64,000 bases of DNA, from NCBI GenBank assembly GCA_013265495.1, contig MU057999.1, forward strand, positions 558,001 through 622,000, written 5' to 3'. Below the pieces are notes generated by a model, which made no database searches, was not told where the DNA came from, and worked only from the letters and a program-made list of their open reading frames with translations. Below are positions 26,661 to 39,349 of this stretch, piece after piece. Source of the DNA: Vicugna vicugna (taxonomy: Eukaryota). Position 1 is the stretch's first letter, and each line of letters starts with the position of its first letter. A program made the position numbers and the translations under genes.

Positions 26661-26891
26661 AACACAGGAGAGTGGTCAGGGGTTTACCCGTGCACTGACT
26701 CGTATTCTTAGAAGTCTCTCAAATTGTACGCATATTTATTCATTTTGAAACATCTTTTCAAAAAATCTTAGGAAGTATTTGTACAGATGAATGAAGAGTG
26801 TAACTTCACCTAATGAAAACTACATGTGGAAAAACTTTATAAGATGCTTTTGATTTATTTGTTATGTTTGGTTTTTTTCTGCTTTTCTCAG

Positions 26892-26978
26892 GAGACTTTG
26901 GGTCAGCTGGAGTCACTCAAGTTAGAAAATCGTCATCTTTCTGAAATGGTGATGAAGCTGGAGTTGGGTTTACATGAG
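26892..26978 (+). CDS. CEP63: CEP63 coding exon (87 nt, phase 0/0)
   Basis: ttctcag|GAGACT...CATGAG|gtacat; [29 protein letters not shown]. Confidence 0.93.
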
Positions 26979-29039
26979 GTACATAAATAGAAGCTTAAGT
27001 TTTTCTACTGTCCAAGCCTTTAAAGAAATCACTCTGTAAATATTGGTATTATAAAGAGAAAGTTATGACCAAACTGGAATGATCCTCCTGTAGAAACTTT
27101 CTCAAATAAAAAGAAGTCGGGACAATGATAGAAATGAGAAAAATACGGCTCTCCACTCCAGCTATTGGAAGGTTGTTTTTATATCATGTGTGTCATTGAA
27201 TATATGTCCAGTCTGTGTTCTTAATAGGGAGAATGTATACGGAGGACCTAGAACAGTGTCTGGCATTTAGTAATTACACAGTACATGTTAGATGCTGTTA
27301 TTATTTTTATTGTCATCATTATTTTCACAATATCTTTTCATTATAAAGTCTATCATCTTTTAAATAATCTGGTTTCCATTATATTTCTACAATATACAAT
27401 GTATTTAATCAAATATTCTGGAATCTTTTATCTTCAAAGTGTTTTAGTAGACAATGCAGTGGACGCAAGGACGAATTCGATGCGATTCCTGCCTTTAGGA
27501 GACAGGGGAGTCTAGCAGGGAGGGTAGGGTCTGTAAACAAGCTTCTGTGAAACCAGAGAGAACTTGGCTAGCTGACAGCAAGTTATAAACACCGTGGGTG
27601 CTCTTTTAACCGTTGTGTCATAAAATTCTTAAAATTTGCAAAATAGCCCGTCCATTCTGATGCATCTTTTCTTGATGTAGGTCAAATACCCAGAGATTAT
27701 AGAAATTCCTTTTTTTTTCCTGTATTTCCAGAGAGTACGTGCGCCTAGAGATTCATAGTTACACAATGCCCTGTTTGCTCCTACGCGGTTTTAGTTCCAC
27801 ACTCATAGATTATGGAGGCTGGGCTGGGAGAATGTGCAACACACCACATAAATACTTTATTGCAGCTGAAAGGGGGGACTATTCTTACAATCTTTTAAGA
27901 GGGTAAGATTCTCTTAGCATCATGAAACCATGAAGAATTTTACACAATAAAAGTATAAATTTTCTGAATAACAAAAGACTCCATAAAAAAAAGACTACTA
28001 GACTAGAGGAAAATAATCTATTATCAAATAAATGATTAACATAAAATACTAATATAGGAGGATTTGCTATAAAGATAATTAAAAGATTGGAATCTAGTAG
28101 AAAATGAGCAAAGGACATAAATAGATAATTCATAGAAATAATGTAAAAATCCAGTAAACAGTAAAAGCTGTTCAATCCTCCCCAATAATCAAAATAAATA
28201 AATATTCTTTTGCTTGTTGGCTTTTCAAGGATTTTTTTAAAACTAATATCGCCAGTCTTGGCAAGGATATAGAACAGCAGGCTCTCCAGTGCTCTGTTAA
28301 TGAGAAAGTGAATTGATACAGCTATTCTAGAGTGCAATTTAGCAGTATTCATTAAACTGGTAAATACATATAGCCTATAAAGTCCTGGGTCATGTGCATT
28401 TATGATTTTGATTGTCATTGCTGAATTGTTCTCCAGAAAGGTCATTATCAGTTTGCATTCCCAAAGAACCCATCCTATAGGAGCAAATGCACAAAAATGG
28501 TCATTTCAATGTCTGCAATATCCAAAATTTTGAAATAAACTGTAGAGAGATGGTTCATTGTGACTTTTCTATATACTGGAAAATATTACGCCATCATTTA
28601 AGGTGGCAGATGAACATATGCATCTAGTCTGGCTCCCTCCCCAAGCTCCTCTAAACCTATAATGAAAGGGCTATTTTTTAAGCACAAAGAAGTGAGAGAA
28701 GAGAAAACAGCTAAACATTTTGTAATGTGAAGATAGATGGATGGATGAGTAGATGGAAAATGACTTTATATGCCCTGATAAAGCCAATATGAAGCTAGTG
28801 GTGAAGAAAATCAAGAAGCAACCTGATTTACACCATGGAATCTTAAAAAGACTCAGGATTTGGCAATACTTGATTGAGAGACTTATGCAGTGATTACTCG
28901 TTCATATTTTAAGAGTTGGGAACTCTCAGGGGTGGTTAAGCCAGACTATGACCAGAGATTCTGTTCAGCTTAATTTCTCCTGAAACCTGTATCTAACAGT
29001 CGTGGTACTGTCCTTTCTTATCACAACCAGGTGTGTACT

Positions 29040-31490
29040 TGTGCACAGTTAGGACCTTGTTGTTCATCTATTTTATACATAGTAGTTAGCCTATAAATCC
29101 CTAAAAATCCCAAACTCCCAGTTTATCCCTCCTTCCCACCCCTTTCCCCTCTGGTAACCATAAGTTTGTTTTCTATGTCATAAGTCTGTTTCTATTTTGT
29201 AAATAAGTTCATTTGGGTCTTTTTTTTTAAGATTCCACATATAAGTGATATCATATGGTATGCTTCTTTGTCTTTCTGTCTTACTTCACTTAGAATGACA
29301 ATCTCCAGGCCCATCCATGTTTCTGCAAATAGCATTATTTTATTCTTTTTTATGGCTGAGTAGTATTCCATTGTATAAATATACCACAACTTCTTTATGC
29401 ATTCATCTATCGATGGACATTTATGTTGTTTCCATGTCTTGGCTATTGTAGATAGTGCTGCTATGAACATTGGGGTTCATGTATCTTTTTGAATTAGAGT
29501 CCCCTCCAGATATATGCCTGGGAGCAGGATTGCTGGATCATATGGTAAGGCTATTTTTAGTTTTTTGAGGAATCTCTATACTGTTTTCCATAGTGGCTAC
29601 ACCAAACTACATTCCCACCAACAGTGTAGGAGTGTTCTCTTTTCTCCGCAGCCTCTCCAGCATTTGTTGTTTGTGGACTTTTTAATGATGGCCATTCTAG
29701 TGGTGTGGGGTAATACTTCATTGTAGTTTTGATTTGCATATCTCTGATAATTAGTGACACTGAGCATTTTTCATGTGCCTATTGGTCATTTGTATGTCTT
29801 CACTGGAGAATTGTTTGTTTAGGTCTTCTGCCCTTTTTTGGATTGGGTTGTTTGCTTGCTGTTGTTGAGTTGTATGAGCTGTTTATATATTCTGGAAATT
29901 AAGCCCTTGTCAATCACATCATTTGCAAAGATTTTCTCCCATTCTGTAGATTCTTTTTGTTTTGTTTATGGTTTCCTTTGCTGTGCAAAAGCTTATAAAT
30001 TTAATTAGGTCTCATTTGTTTATTTTTGCTTTTATTTCTATGGCCTTGGTAGACTGCCCTAGGAGAACATTGCTACAATTTATATTAGAGAATGTTTTGC
30101 CTATGTTCTCTTCTAGTTTGATAGTGTCTTGTCTTATGTTTAAGTCTTTAAGCCATTCTGAGTTTATTTTTGTGTATGGTGTGAGGGAGTGTATTGATTT
30201 ACATGAGGCTGTCCAGTTTTCCCAACACCACTTGCTGAGGAGACTGTCTTTTCTTCATTGTATTATTCTTGCCTCCTTTGTTGAAGATTAATTGGCCATA
30301 GGTCTTTGGGTTTATTTCTGGGCTCTCTGTTCTGTTCCAGTGATCTGTATGTCTGTTTTTGTGCCAGTACCACACTGTTTTGATTACTATAGCTGTATAG
30401 TATTGTCTGAAGTCTGGGAGAGTTATTCCTCCAGCTTCGTTCTTTTTCTTCAGTATTGCTTTGATGATTCTAGGTCTTCTGTGATTCAATATAAGTTTTA
30501 GGATTATTTGTTCTAGTTCTGTGAAAAATGTCCTGGGTAATTTGATAGGGATTGCATTAATTCTGTCGATTGCTTTCAGTAGTATGGCCATTTTAACAAT
30601 ATTAATTCTAACAATCCAAGACCATGGGATGTCTTTCCATTTCTTTAAATCATCTTTAATTTGCTTAATCAGTGTTTTATACTTCTCTGCATATAAGTCT
30701 TTCACCTCCTTGGTCAGGTTTATTCCTAAGTTTTGGAGGTTTTTTTGATGTGATTTTAAAAGTTTTTTTTGTTTGTTTGTTTGTTTTTGGTTTTTTTTAC
30801 TTTTCCTTTTCTGATATTTTGTTAGTATAAAGAAATGCAAGATTTCTTTATGTTAGTCTTGTATCCTACTACCTTGCCAAATTCTTTTATCAGCTCTGGT
30901 AGTTTTTGTGTGGAGTCTTTAGGATTTTCTATATATAGTATGTCATCTGCATATAGTGACAGTTTTACCTCTTCTCTCCCAATGCAGATCCCTTTCATTT
31001 CTTTTTCTTGTCTAATTGCTGTGGCTAGGAATTCCAATACTATGTTAAGTAGAAGTGGTGAGAGTGGGTATCCTTGTCTTGTTCCAGATTTTAGGGGGAA
31101 GGCTTGCAACTTTTCACTTGAGTATTATCCTGGCTGTGGGTTTGTCATAAATAGCTTTTATTATGTTGAGATATGTTCCCTCTATACCCACTTTGGTAAA
31201 AGTTTTTATCATAAATGGGTGTTGAATTTTATCAAAAGCTTTTTCTGCATCTATTGAGATAGTCATGTGGGGTTTTTTGTCCTTTCTTTTGCTGATGTGG
31301 TATGTCACATTGATTGATTTGAGTATGTTGAACCATCTTTGTGTCCCTGGGATGAATCCAACTTGATTGTAATGTATGATCTTTTTTTATGTGTTGTTGT
31401 ATTCAGTTTGCTAATATTTTGTTGAGAATTTTTGCATCTGTATCCATCAAATATACTGGTCTGTAATTTTCTTTTTTGGTAGTGTCTTTC
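29040..31490 (-). mobile_element. Younger L1, 5' truncated (3'UTR and ORF2 C-terminal half)
   Basis: ORF2 remnants [54 protein letters not shown]...LSLYADD. Confidence 0.93.
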
Positions 31491-31649
31491 TAGGGAGTTA
31501 TTTATTTAAAAGTTGTCCTTGCCAGCCAGAATTCCTTTTCAGAGCCTTCTGTTCAAATTTGTTTCTTTTATATAGGTCTCTTGATTTTCTTCCACAGGTA
31601 TTCTGGGGCTATTCAATTTCTCTTTCTTTTTAATTGGTAGCTTTTTTAA

Positions 31650-32015
31650 AATTAAAAAGTAGTTGTATAATTATATAGTATAGTTACACTGTTATATTAA
31701 CATATACAACATAGTGATTCAATATTTTTATAGATTATACTCCATTTAAAGCTGTTATAAAATAATGGCTATATTCCCTGTGCTGTACAGTTTATCTTTG
31801 TAAATTAATTATTTTATACATAGTAGTTTGTCCCTCTTAATCCCCTACTGCTGTCGTGCCCCTCCCCCTTCGCTCTCCCTACTGGTAACCACTAGCTTGT
31901 TCTCTATATTTGTGAATCTGTTTCTGTTTTGTTATATGCATTCATTTGTTTTATTTTTTAGATTCCACATATAAGTGCAGTATTTGTCTTTCTCTGACTT
32001 ATTTCTCTAAGCACA
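31650..32015 (-). mobile_element. L1 3'UTR fragment
   Basis: Similar to 6560-6830 and 29040-29290 (ggctatattccctgtg...ctggtaaccac...agattccacatataagtg). Confidence 0.8.
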
Positions 32016-32350
32016 GCATCTTCTTTCGTGGAGAAGCCATGGCTGCTATTTTCTTTCTTTCCCCTGTTTCTGATTCTTACCTGTAGCTTTCTTCTGTCCT
32101 GGTTCCAGCCTTTCTCCAGCTGCTTGGATATTCCATGGCACATCAGGGAAGTCCATTGTGCTCCTCACTTTCTACCCTCATTTACATACGAAACAGAAAC
32201 TTTTTTCTCTTTTAGGGGGCCAGAACCAAATCTTCACTCTTTCTTAAGTAAAGCAATAGATTAACTAGTTACAACTAAAAACAAAACAAAACAAAACATA
32301 ACAAAAAACCCCATAATTTTCCACCAGCAGTATCCCAGATCACAAGTGTT

Positions 32351-32439
32351 TTTTTTCCCTTAATGGAGGTACTGGGGATTGAATCCAGGGCCTCGTGCAC
32401 ACTAAGCACGTGCTCTACCACTGAGCTGTATCCCCACCC
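32351..32439 (-). mobile_element. Vic-1-like SINE, short form
   Basis: Reverse A/B boxes; TSD CACAAGTGTT (32341-32350) / CACAAGTATT (32440-32449). Confidence 0.85.
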
Positions 32440-32490
32440 CACAAGTATTCTTATACAAAGTAAGTGACGCTGGTATTCTTTTTTTATTAG

Positions 32491-32696
32491 GCAAAAGAGA
32501 TTTCACTAGCAGACCTCCAGGAGAATTATATTGAGGCATTAAATAAATTAGTGTCTGAAAATCAACAACTACAGAAAGATTTGATGGATACCAGAACCCA
32601 GCTGGAGATTTCTACTCAGATGTGCAAAAAAAACCGTGACAGGATCTTTAAACCAATACACAGCAGAGTACCTGAGTTCAAGAATATGGAGTTCAA
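32491..32696 (+). CDS. CEP63: CEP63 coding exon (206 nt, phase 0/2)
   Basis: tttattag|GCAAAA...GTTCAA|gtaaaa; [47 protein letters not shown]...MEF(K). Confidence 0.9.
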
Positions 32697-32791
32697 GTAA
32701 AATTTCTTCATAGTTTATTTAAAATGTGTATCTTTAGAATGTAATTCTCATTTCTTTGAGAGTAGTTTCCAATTTACAGAAATTAAATCTT

Positions 32792-32949
32792 TAAAAAAAT
32801 TTTAATTAGCAACAACTGTTTTTTATAGCAGTATGTTTTATTTATTTATTTATTTATTTTTTAATTTTTTTATGGAAGTACTGGGGATTGAACCCAGGAC
32901 CTCATGCATCTTAAGCATGTGCTTTACCACTGAGCCATACCCACACCCC
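32792..32949 (-). mobile_element. Vic-1-like SINE with extended tail
   Basis: Reverse A/B boxes; perfect flanking repeat CAGAAATTAAATCTT (32777-32791 and 32950-32964). Confidence 0.88.
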
Positions 32950-33644
32950 CAGAAATTAAATCTTCATCAAAGGACACTGTGTTTAATTCTAAAGTACTGT
33001 GTGCACAAGTAAATCTACTAATAGGTTAAAAAAATGCAGGGGCTTATGTAGCACTTTCCTTCAAGCTTCAGTGTCAGACCAATGGTTGTAGGTATAAACA
33101 GCAACCTTATTCCCCTGAGCCTTTTCATGCTGCCTCCCACCTCCCCAACCCCATTTACCCCATAAGAAATAGAAGTTGGCTTTTAATAACACATTTCTTT
33201 TGTAATTTTGGTCAACTAATGATAGGGAGTCAGCATTTAGCAAAAAACCACCTGGCTTCAGCTCTTACTGTATGGCTTACATGTTTTGCTACCAAGAGCC
33301 TTTGCTGACACCCTCACCCAACTCCCACCTCCACCCCCAGATGAGGATGGGTGCCTTCACTGTGCACAGTGCTTCCCTCTATCCTAGCACCAGCCACACT
33401 GGCCGCTTCCTTGTCTTCCTTGCTATATGTAAGTGTGTGCAGGGGCCTGCCAGTGGGGGTTGGATATTCGGGGCCCCAAGGCTGGAAAGGACACCTGGTC
33501 TACATGGGCTGCTTATTTTGTAAATTCCAGCCTTGCTAGTAGCCTCGTCCTGTATTTTTAAGTGAACGTCCTTTAACATGTCTGTTTTGAAAGAGGAAAG
33601 TTGCTACAATGTTTATTTGTTTTATTTTCTAATCTGCTACCCAG

Positions 33645-33924
33645 GCCAGCCCATGGCCAGCACAGGCATGATGGGATGAAGACTGAGCACTACAAAGCAG
33701 GTCTTCATTCTCCGCGAGGACGAGCGTCGGATAGTGTAGGGCCCACAGCCACGGGCCTCAGCTCCCCGAGTCATGAGATCAGCCCTTGCTGCTCCACCAT
33801 CTCTTTGCCTTCTAACTTTCTGTGTAAAACTCACTCTGTGACTTCAGTGCTAGATACAAATGAAACCAATTTTTCTGACTCTGTCTCCGAGAGTATAAAT
33901 GACCAAGAAGACTTTGTCTCTTCG
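33645..33924 (+). CDS. CEP63: CEP63 coding exon (280 nt, phase 2/0), Ser-rich
   Basis: acccag|GCCAGC...TCTTCG|gtatgg; [17 protein letters not shown]...[13 protein letters not shown]. Confidence 0.9.
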
Positions 33925-35059
33925 GTATGGAAACTTTCTGATCTTACTAGTTTATTTAGTTTTATTTTATTTTTTATTTTAAGACAGAGAACCGTAGGGT
34001 TTTTTTCCCTTCTTTTCACTGGTTCTCTATCTTAAGTACCCTTTGTTATTCTCATGTATTTCTGTCTTACGGTTTTGCTCATTCATGAAGACAGTCAGCC
34101 ACAACTACTTTTCAAAATGCATCTTATGAAATATAAATGATAGGTATTCATTTCTTTTTAGCCCAAATTGGAAATTCCCTTCCTGCCTTTTTCAGAGAGG
34201 ATCAATTTTGTACTGGAATGATTGGCTCAAGGAGTATCTCTGCCTGCCAAAACAGTCCTGAGGCATAGACAGTGAGGAGGGAAAAAGGAACGGTGGGAAG
34301 GCGGTGGGTGGAGGCGGAGGAAGAAATTACATCCAATGTGTCTAGAACACAGACTGGGTGCCACTCGGAGACAGGGGCTGCCCCTCGGCACGGGGCGGTG
34401 CTGGCCGCCTGGCCCTTCCTGCAGCTGCTGAGAGGACTCCGCTCCGTCGTCTTGTGTGCCTTCTGTGCTGAAGGGCTCGCCTCTGGCCATCCATTCCCAT
34501 CACCCTCCCGTGGTCCTGTACCTGTGGAAAGTTCAGTATTTTTGACTTTTTAGTGTGCCAGCTAGTCCATGGGAAGGTTTTCTTTTAGTTTAGTTGTCAA
34601 AATAAATTTTGAAAACCAAAACATTCCTGACAACTAACTTTCTTCCTAAGTTTGTCAGCAAAACTTACTTGGCACTAAAACCTGACCTGGCCTGAACTGA
34701 AATGATGTGATAATATGTACAGACTTTATTTACCCCACTTAGCATCTTACTTTGAAATATCAGTGTGTTTGATGATGGGGAGTTACCACAGACTCCACCA
34801 GGGCAGCACACATGCTAGTGCTCACAAGTCACGGCTTCTGTGTTCGCGCATTTGCCCTCTCCCTGAGGGGCTTGTAGCCCCTGATCAGCACTCATCAGCT
34901 CTTCCAGTCACTCACGGACACGTGCAGAGCCGCAGCACATTCGAGTCCCTGGACTCACGTGTCCAGCTGAGGTTGGCCAAGGCGGCGCTCTTGTTTCCGC
35001 CTTTGTATTGAGGTGCCCGGAGGATGGTGCCGCTGGTGGCAACGCAGGATTGTGCAAGG

Positions 35060-35229
35060 AGCTCAGACACGGGGGCTGAACAGGGTTTGAACCCCAACTC
35101 TGGCCCTCTAGTGGGGTGGCCTCAGGCAGGTCACTAAATTCTCTGAGCCTTGTTTTCTCTTTTGTAAAAAAAAGAAAATAGAATCTACTGGGGTGAGTTT
35201 GTAGGATTTAGGATTGAAGTCTATGTGAA
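35060..35229 (+). mobile_element. MIR
   Basis: gggtttgaacccc...ggcaggtcactaaattctctgagccttgttttctc...tgtaaaa MIR core. Confidence 0.65.
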
Positions 35230-35263
35230 GTGTGTGTGTGTGTGTGTGTGTGTGTTTGTGTGT
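35230..35263. repeat. (GT)n microsatellite
   Basis: gtgtgt... run with one interruption. Confidence 0.95.
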
Positions 35264-35824
35264 CTCTTTTTCCCATAAGAGCAAAAGTAACTACTGTAAT
35301 TGAGGATCAACTGAATATGGTACACGTGACCTTTCCAAAATTTGAATTCTGAAACCAAAATTCTCACGTAAGGGACTGTGGACTGAAATTTTGGAGGAGG
35401 GAAACTACTGATTTTAACTGGTATCTAATTTATTATAGTAGATCTTCTGTGCTTTAAAATGAAAGTAACATTCAGCTTTTAAAAATGAGTTTGAAGTAAC
35501 AGGCATTAAATTTATCTCTTCTGGGGTATAGAAGGATGTCCAAGTCTAACCCGAGAGAGTCTTCAGACCAGTAACTAATGTCTTACAGCTTCATGACACT
35601 TTACACTTACACAACTTGTGTCAGGAAGGAGGAAGAGATCTGTGTTAATTCTTACAGAGTATTTTTTAAACTGTTCATCATTAGGATAGAAATAGATATC
35701 TCTTCAGAGGAAAATATTTTTTAAAAGTCACCTTTTAATATTGCTAGTTAGAAAACACCATGAACAATGTGTCTTAGAAACATACTGTTCAACTTACATA
35801 TGTCCAAATGTGCTTCTCTTCCAG

Positions 35825-35983
35825 TGTCCCTTGGCCCTGTCTCCTCTTGGTTCAATAGCTACAAGGTTTTTGGAAGAGGAGGAGCTGAGGTCTCACCACA
35901 TTCTAGAGCGCCTGGACGCCCACATTGAAGAACTGAAAAGAGAGAGTGAAAAGACCGTGAAACAATTCACAGCCCTAAAGTAG
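35825..35983 (+). CDS. CEP63: CEP63 last coding exon to TAG stop
   Basis: cttccag|TGTCCC...[58 protein letters not shown]. Confidence 0.95.
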   Translation, partial: CPLALSPLGSIATRFLEEEELRSHHILERLDAHIEELKRESEKTVKQFTALK

Positions 35984-36009
35984 CCTCTTAAAAAAATCAC
36001 AAACTTGGA

Positions 36010-36021
36010 AATAAAAATAAA
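36010..36021 (+). terminator. Candidate proximal CEP63 poly(A) signal (tandem AATAAA)
   Basis: AATAAA at 36010-36015 and 36016-36021, starting 27 nt after the stop. Confidence 0.5.
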
Positions 36022-36197
36022 CACCGAAGAGTTCCCATCCTCATGAAGTAGCGGCTCTTTAGAAGCAGGAACATGTGAAAATCATAAAGGTGGGACAGCT
36101 AAGGCGGCTGGGGCGGGTCTGAGAAGCTGGTACTCAGCTCCAGGCTCTTTTCACCGCTCTGGTTTGTTTGAAGGACTTTTTCCAGCAATGACTTGTA

Positions 36198-36203
36198 AAT
36201 AAA
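36198..36203 (+). terminator. Candidate second CEP63 poly(A) signal
   Basis: TGTA immediately upstream of AATAAA, followed by T-rich sequence. Confidence 0.55.
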
Positions 36204-36789
36204 CCGCTTTGCTAGACTTTTTTCTCATATTAGTATTTATTATCATAAAATGATACTTTCTCTTGCTGACTTAAATGTGAATATAGACTAATTAAAATAA
36301 AAATTTTATGATACATGTTGAAAATAAAGTACCCATGGGAACTTCCTTTGAGGCCAGTATATGTAGTGAAAGTGTGGATTTCAGAGGCAGTGATCCAGGT
36401 TGGTTTACTGGTTCTGCTACCCATGAGCCAGTTGGGCGGTAGGATGTGCACGGCTGGGCTGGGAGCTTTGACAGGAAGCCTCTCTTCCTCAAAACATGAA
36501 TGTAAGAGATGGGGAGGGGGCACGCCTCGGGGACACTCAGTGGGCATCTACACTGTCTGCTTTCCCGAGGAGAGGTTTAAGGGGAGACAAAGATCTCAAG
36601 GTGCGGGAGGCATTTGAAGCCATGGAGAGTTGATCAGAACAGGACACCAGCATACGAGCATCATAGGATTCGATCCAGCGGAGGAGCTGGGATGTGCGCA
36701 GAGACCGGAAGGTGAGGTGTAGGGCTCTTGCCGGCTTGAGGGGACATGTGAGCCATCCTTCTCTGCAAATCTTTCCTATAGGCGTGCAG

Positions 36790-38265
36790 ACATCCTGTGA
36801 TGTCTTCTTTCTTTAAAGCAAAACAAAAAGCTCAGTTCCATACCCTCTCTGTCTGCTGTTCCATAATCTGCTACTCCATATCTACTGCTCCATTGGCCCC
36901 CTTTCATGCAGGCTCTTCTGGCGAGAACTGTCTGCAGCAACTGTTCCATTGTCTTCCTTTTTTTTTTTTAATTTTTAAATGGCTTTAAAAAAAAAACACC
37001 TTTGTTGTGGTATGGTTCCTGTACAGTAAACTGCACGTATTTCAGATGTACAATGTGATGAATTTTGATAACCGTATACTCCGTTGGCTTCTTAACCCTC
37101 TCCAACCCCACTTCCCCCCTCACCATGAATCTGGTCCCTGCTCTGGAGGCGAGGTCTCCTGTGACCTCAGCAGTCCCCGAGCACCATTTCCCACAGCTGG
37201 CCTTGCCCTCTTCCTCTCTTGGCTTCTGTCACCTGACACTCCTACCCACTGGCCACTCCTTCTCATTCTCCTCTTTTGGCTTTTCCTCTTCGAAAGGCTC
37301 CCTCCCCTCTAGTTCCCTCTGTAGGCCAGTGACGCCTATATTCAAAACTAATATCGGCCTCTCCCTGGAGCTGCTGCCTTGGATATCTAGCTCCTTATGG
37401 AATTTCTTCACTTCAACGTCTGATAAGCATCTTAGGTTGAACATTTCCAAGAGAGAGCTCTTGATTCTGGCTCTTGCTTAGATTTCATGCAGGACAGCAT
37501 CACGTTTGCCAGTTGCTAGGAGCTATCTTTACTTCCGTCCTTACCCACACCACCATATCCAAGCCATCGGGAGGGCCTGTCAGCTCTGCCTCCTGTCTCA
37601 GATCCAACCGTTGCCCTCCGCTGCTGCCACCCTGATCCAAGCGAACCCATCTCTCACTGAGATCCCGCCAGTAGCCCCCTAATTGCTACTCCTCCTCCTC
37701 CTGACCCCAATAATTCACCCTCCACAGTGCCTCCAGAGTTATCCTTTAGAAATGTAAATTAAACAGTGTCACCGTTACCTCCCTTCAAAGCCTTCAGAGG
37801 CTCCTTACTGCACTTGGATTAAATCTGAATTGCTTACCGTGGCCTCCAAGGCCCTCAATATTTACAAGGCCCTCAATTCTCTGTGCCTGCCTCCATGCCC
37901 ACTGTGTGACCGTTCTTCCTCGTGCTCCAGCCACTCGGCTCCTTTCGGTTCCTTGGGTGTGGCCAGCTTTAACCCATTAGGTCCTCACGCTTGCTGTTGA
38001 CCTGGAGCCCCTTTCTCTCTCCTCACCCGGGATTGGCATTTTCTCCCAAAGCTGCTTCTCCCAGTTTCTCTTGCTCACTGCCCTGAGTTACTTCTCTCAT
38101 GGTGCTCACTACTTTCAGAAATCATTTTGTTACTTGAAATACATTTTTATTGTCTATTCTGCCTTTAGAAGTGAGCTCCTGGAGGGGAAGGACTCTGCCA
38201 GTCTGTTCATGGTGGGGCCCCCATCTCCCTACACAAGCCCAGCACTCGGAGGTGCATAAATGTCC
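36790..38265 (+). mobile_element. LINE-2 fragments, with a small L1 3' insert at ~36960-37075
   Basis: CT-rich L2 body; 3' region gaagtgagctcctggaggggaaggac...agcccagcactcggaggtgcataaatgt. Confidence 0.65.
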
Positions 38266-39349
38266 TTCCTCAGAGGCACCGTGTTTTCCCTCTGCCTCTG
38301 CATATGCTGTCCTTGGGCCAGCCCCCTCTTCCCACATGCTCCCACCTGCCCTTTATCTTGCTTGGCAAAGCTTTCCCGCTTCCCATGGGGAGCGTCTCCT
38401 CATTTCTCACAGTGCCCTGTGTGTGCACCTCTCAAAGCACTAACCACCTTGAGCTTTCTCTTCAGTTTCTGTCTCTCCCACTGAACTGAGAACTCCTTAA
38501 AAGCAAGAGCCATCCTCAGTCAGCATGTTGCCTAACACACTGTACATACTAAGCAAATACTAGGTGGATGAGAATCACCTCCATTCTGGCTTTCACTGTA
38601 TTGACCTGCAAAATGGGGGTAATACTGAAAGTATGTATCTGAAAGGACTTTGCAGACTTCAGAAATACTGAACCAGTGTGGACTGCTATGAGGGGATTTT
38701 TGAGTTTCAGACTGTCCCAAGCTTCCACTTAAAACCATAGGGTACAGCCCCTGCTTTCTTTCTGGAAAGTTTGTAGTACTTGTTGACTGGGAGAACAGTC
38801 ACTGGAAATACTTAAGGAATCATGATGTACTATGTACTTCCTTACATTTATACTGTGTTATTTAAAGTTGAATAGTTAACCAATTGTCTGAATTTTATCG
38901 GAACATTTGATTGTAATTTAATCTCTCAACTTCTTTTTTCAGGAAGATATGCCAAATATTAAAATGTGTCCAAATTAAATTTAAGTCAGTTTCTTCATAC
39001 CTCCGCAATCGGGGTGTCCAAATTAGCTGAAAATGGTGCTGAAGTCTGCTTGTGGTGTTTTCAGGTAATGTTTTAGGTGAGTTCTCTCATTCTTCTTGGC
39101 CTGTATTCCCAGTGAAGTTTCGTCTCGATTTCTGTGCAGATTTTAGCTAAAGAAGACAAAGTTGAGTTCCCACTGTGGTTGGACATGACCTTTCCGTGGA
39201 GTCTCATTTGATCTCAACAAGTCTGGGAGGCAGCGGGTGTCACTGCACCCATGTGACAGGATTCAGGTGGCTTGCCCAGGATCCCAGAGCCCTAGCTCTT
39301 TCCAGCAGCACCTTGGGATAGAGATTGTGGATTCTCTGACAACCCTCTT

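Larger units (their letters stand above)
3196..36021 (+). other. CEP63: CEP63 gene, partial (5' exons outside the window), centrosomal protein of 63 kDa
   Basis: Ten GT-AG exons splice in frame into a coiled-coil protein ending ...[44 protein letters not shown], recognisable as CEP63. It lies convergent to KY, matching known mammalian synteny. Confidence 0.96.

Noticed and set aside
27885..28445. 186-aa hydrophobic minus-strand ORF
   Set aside because: It is antisense to an A-rich decayed L1-like stretch; the F/L/I bias follows from base composition.
30199..30840. 213-aa ORF
   Set aside because: It is an L1 ORF2 remnant broken by frameshifts, not a host gene.
35101..35114. CTCF-like CCACTAGAGGGCCA on the minus strand
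   Set aside because: It lies in a MIR and its 3' end deviates from the consensus, so it is weaker than the three sites reported.
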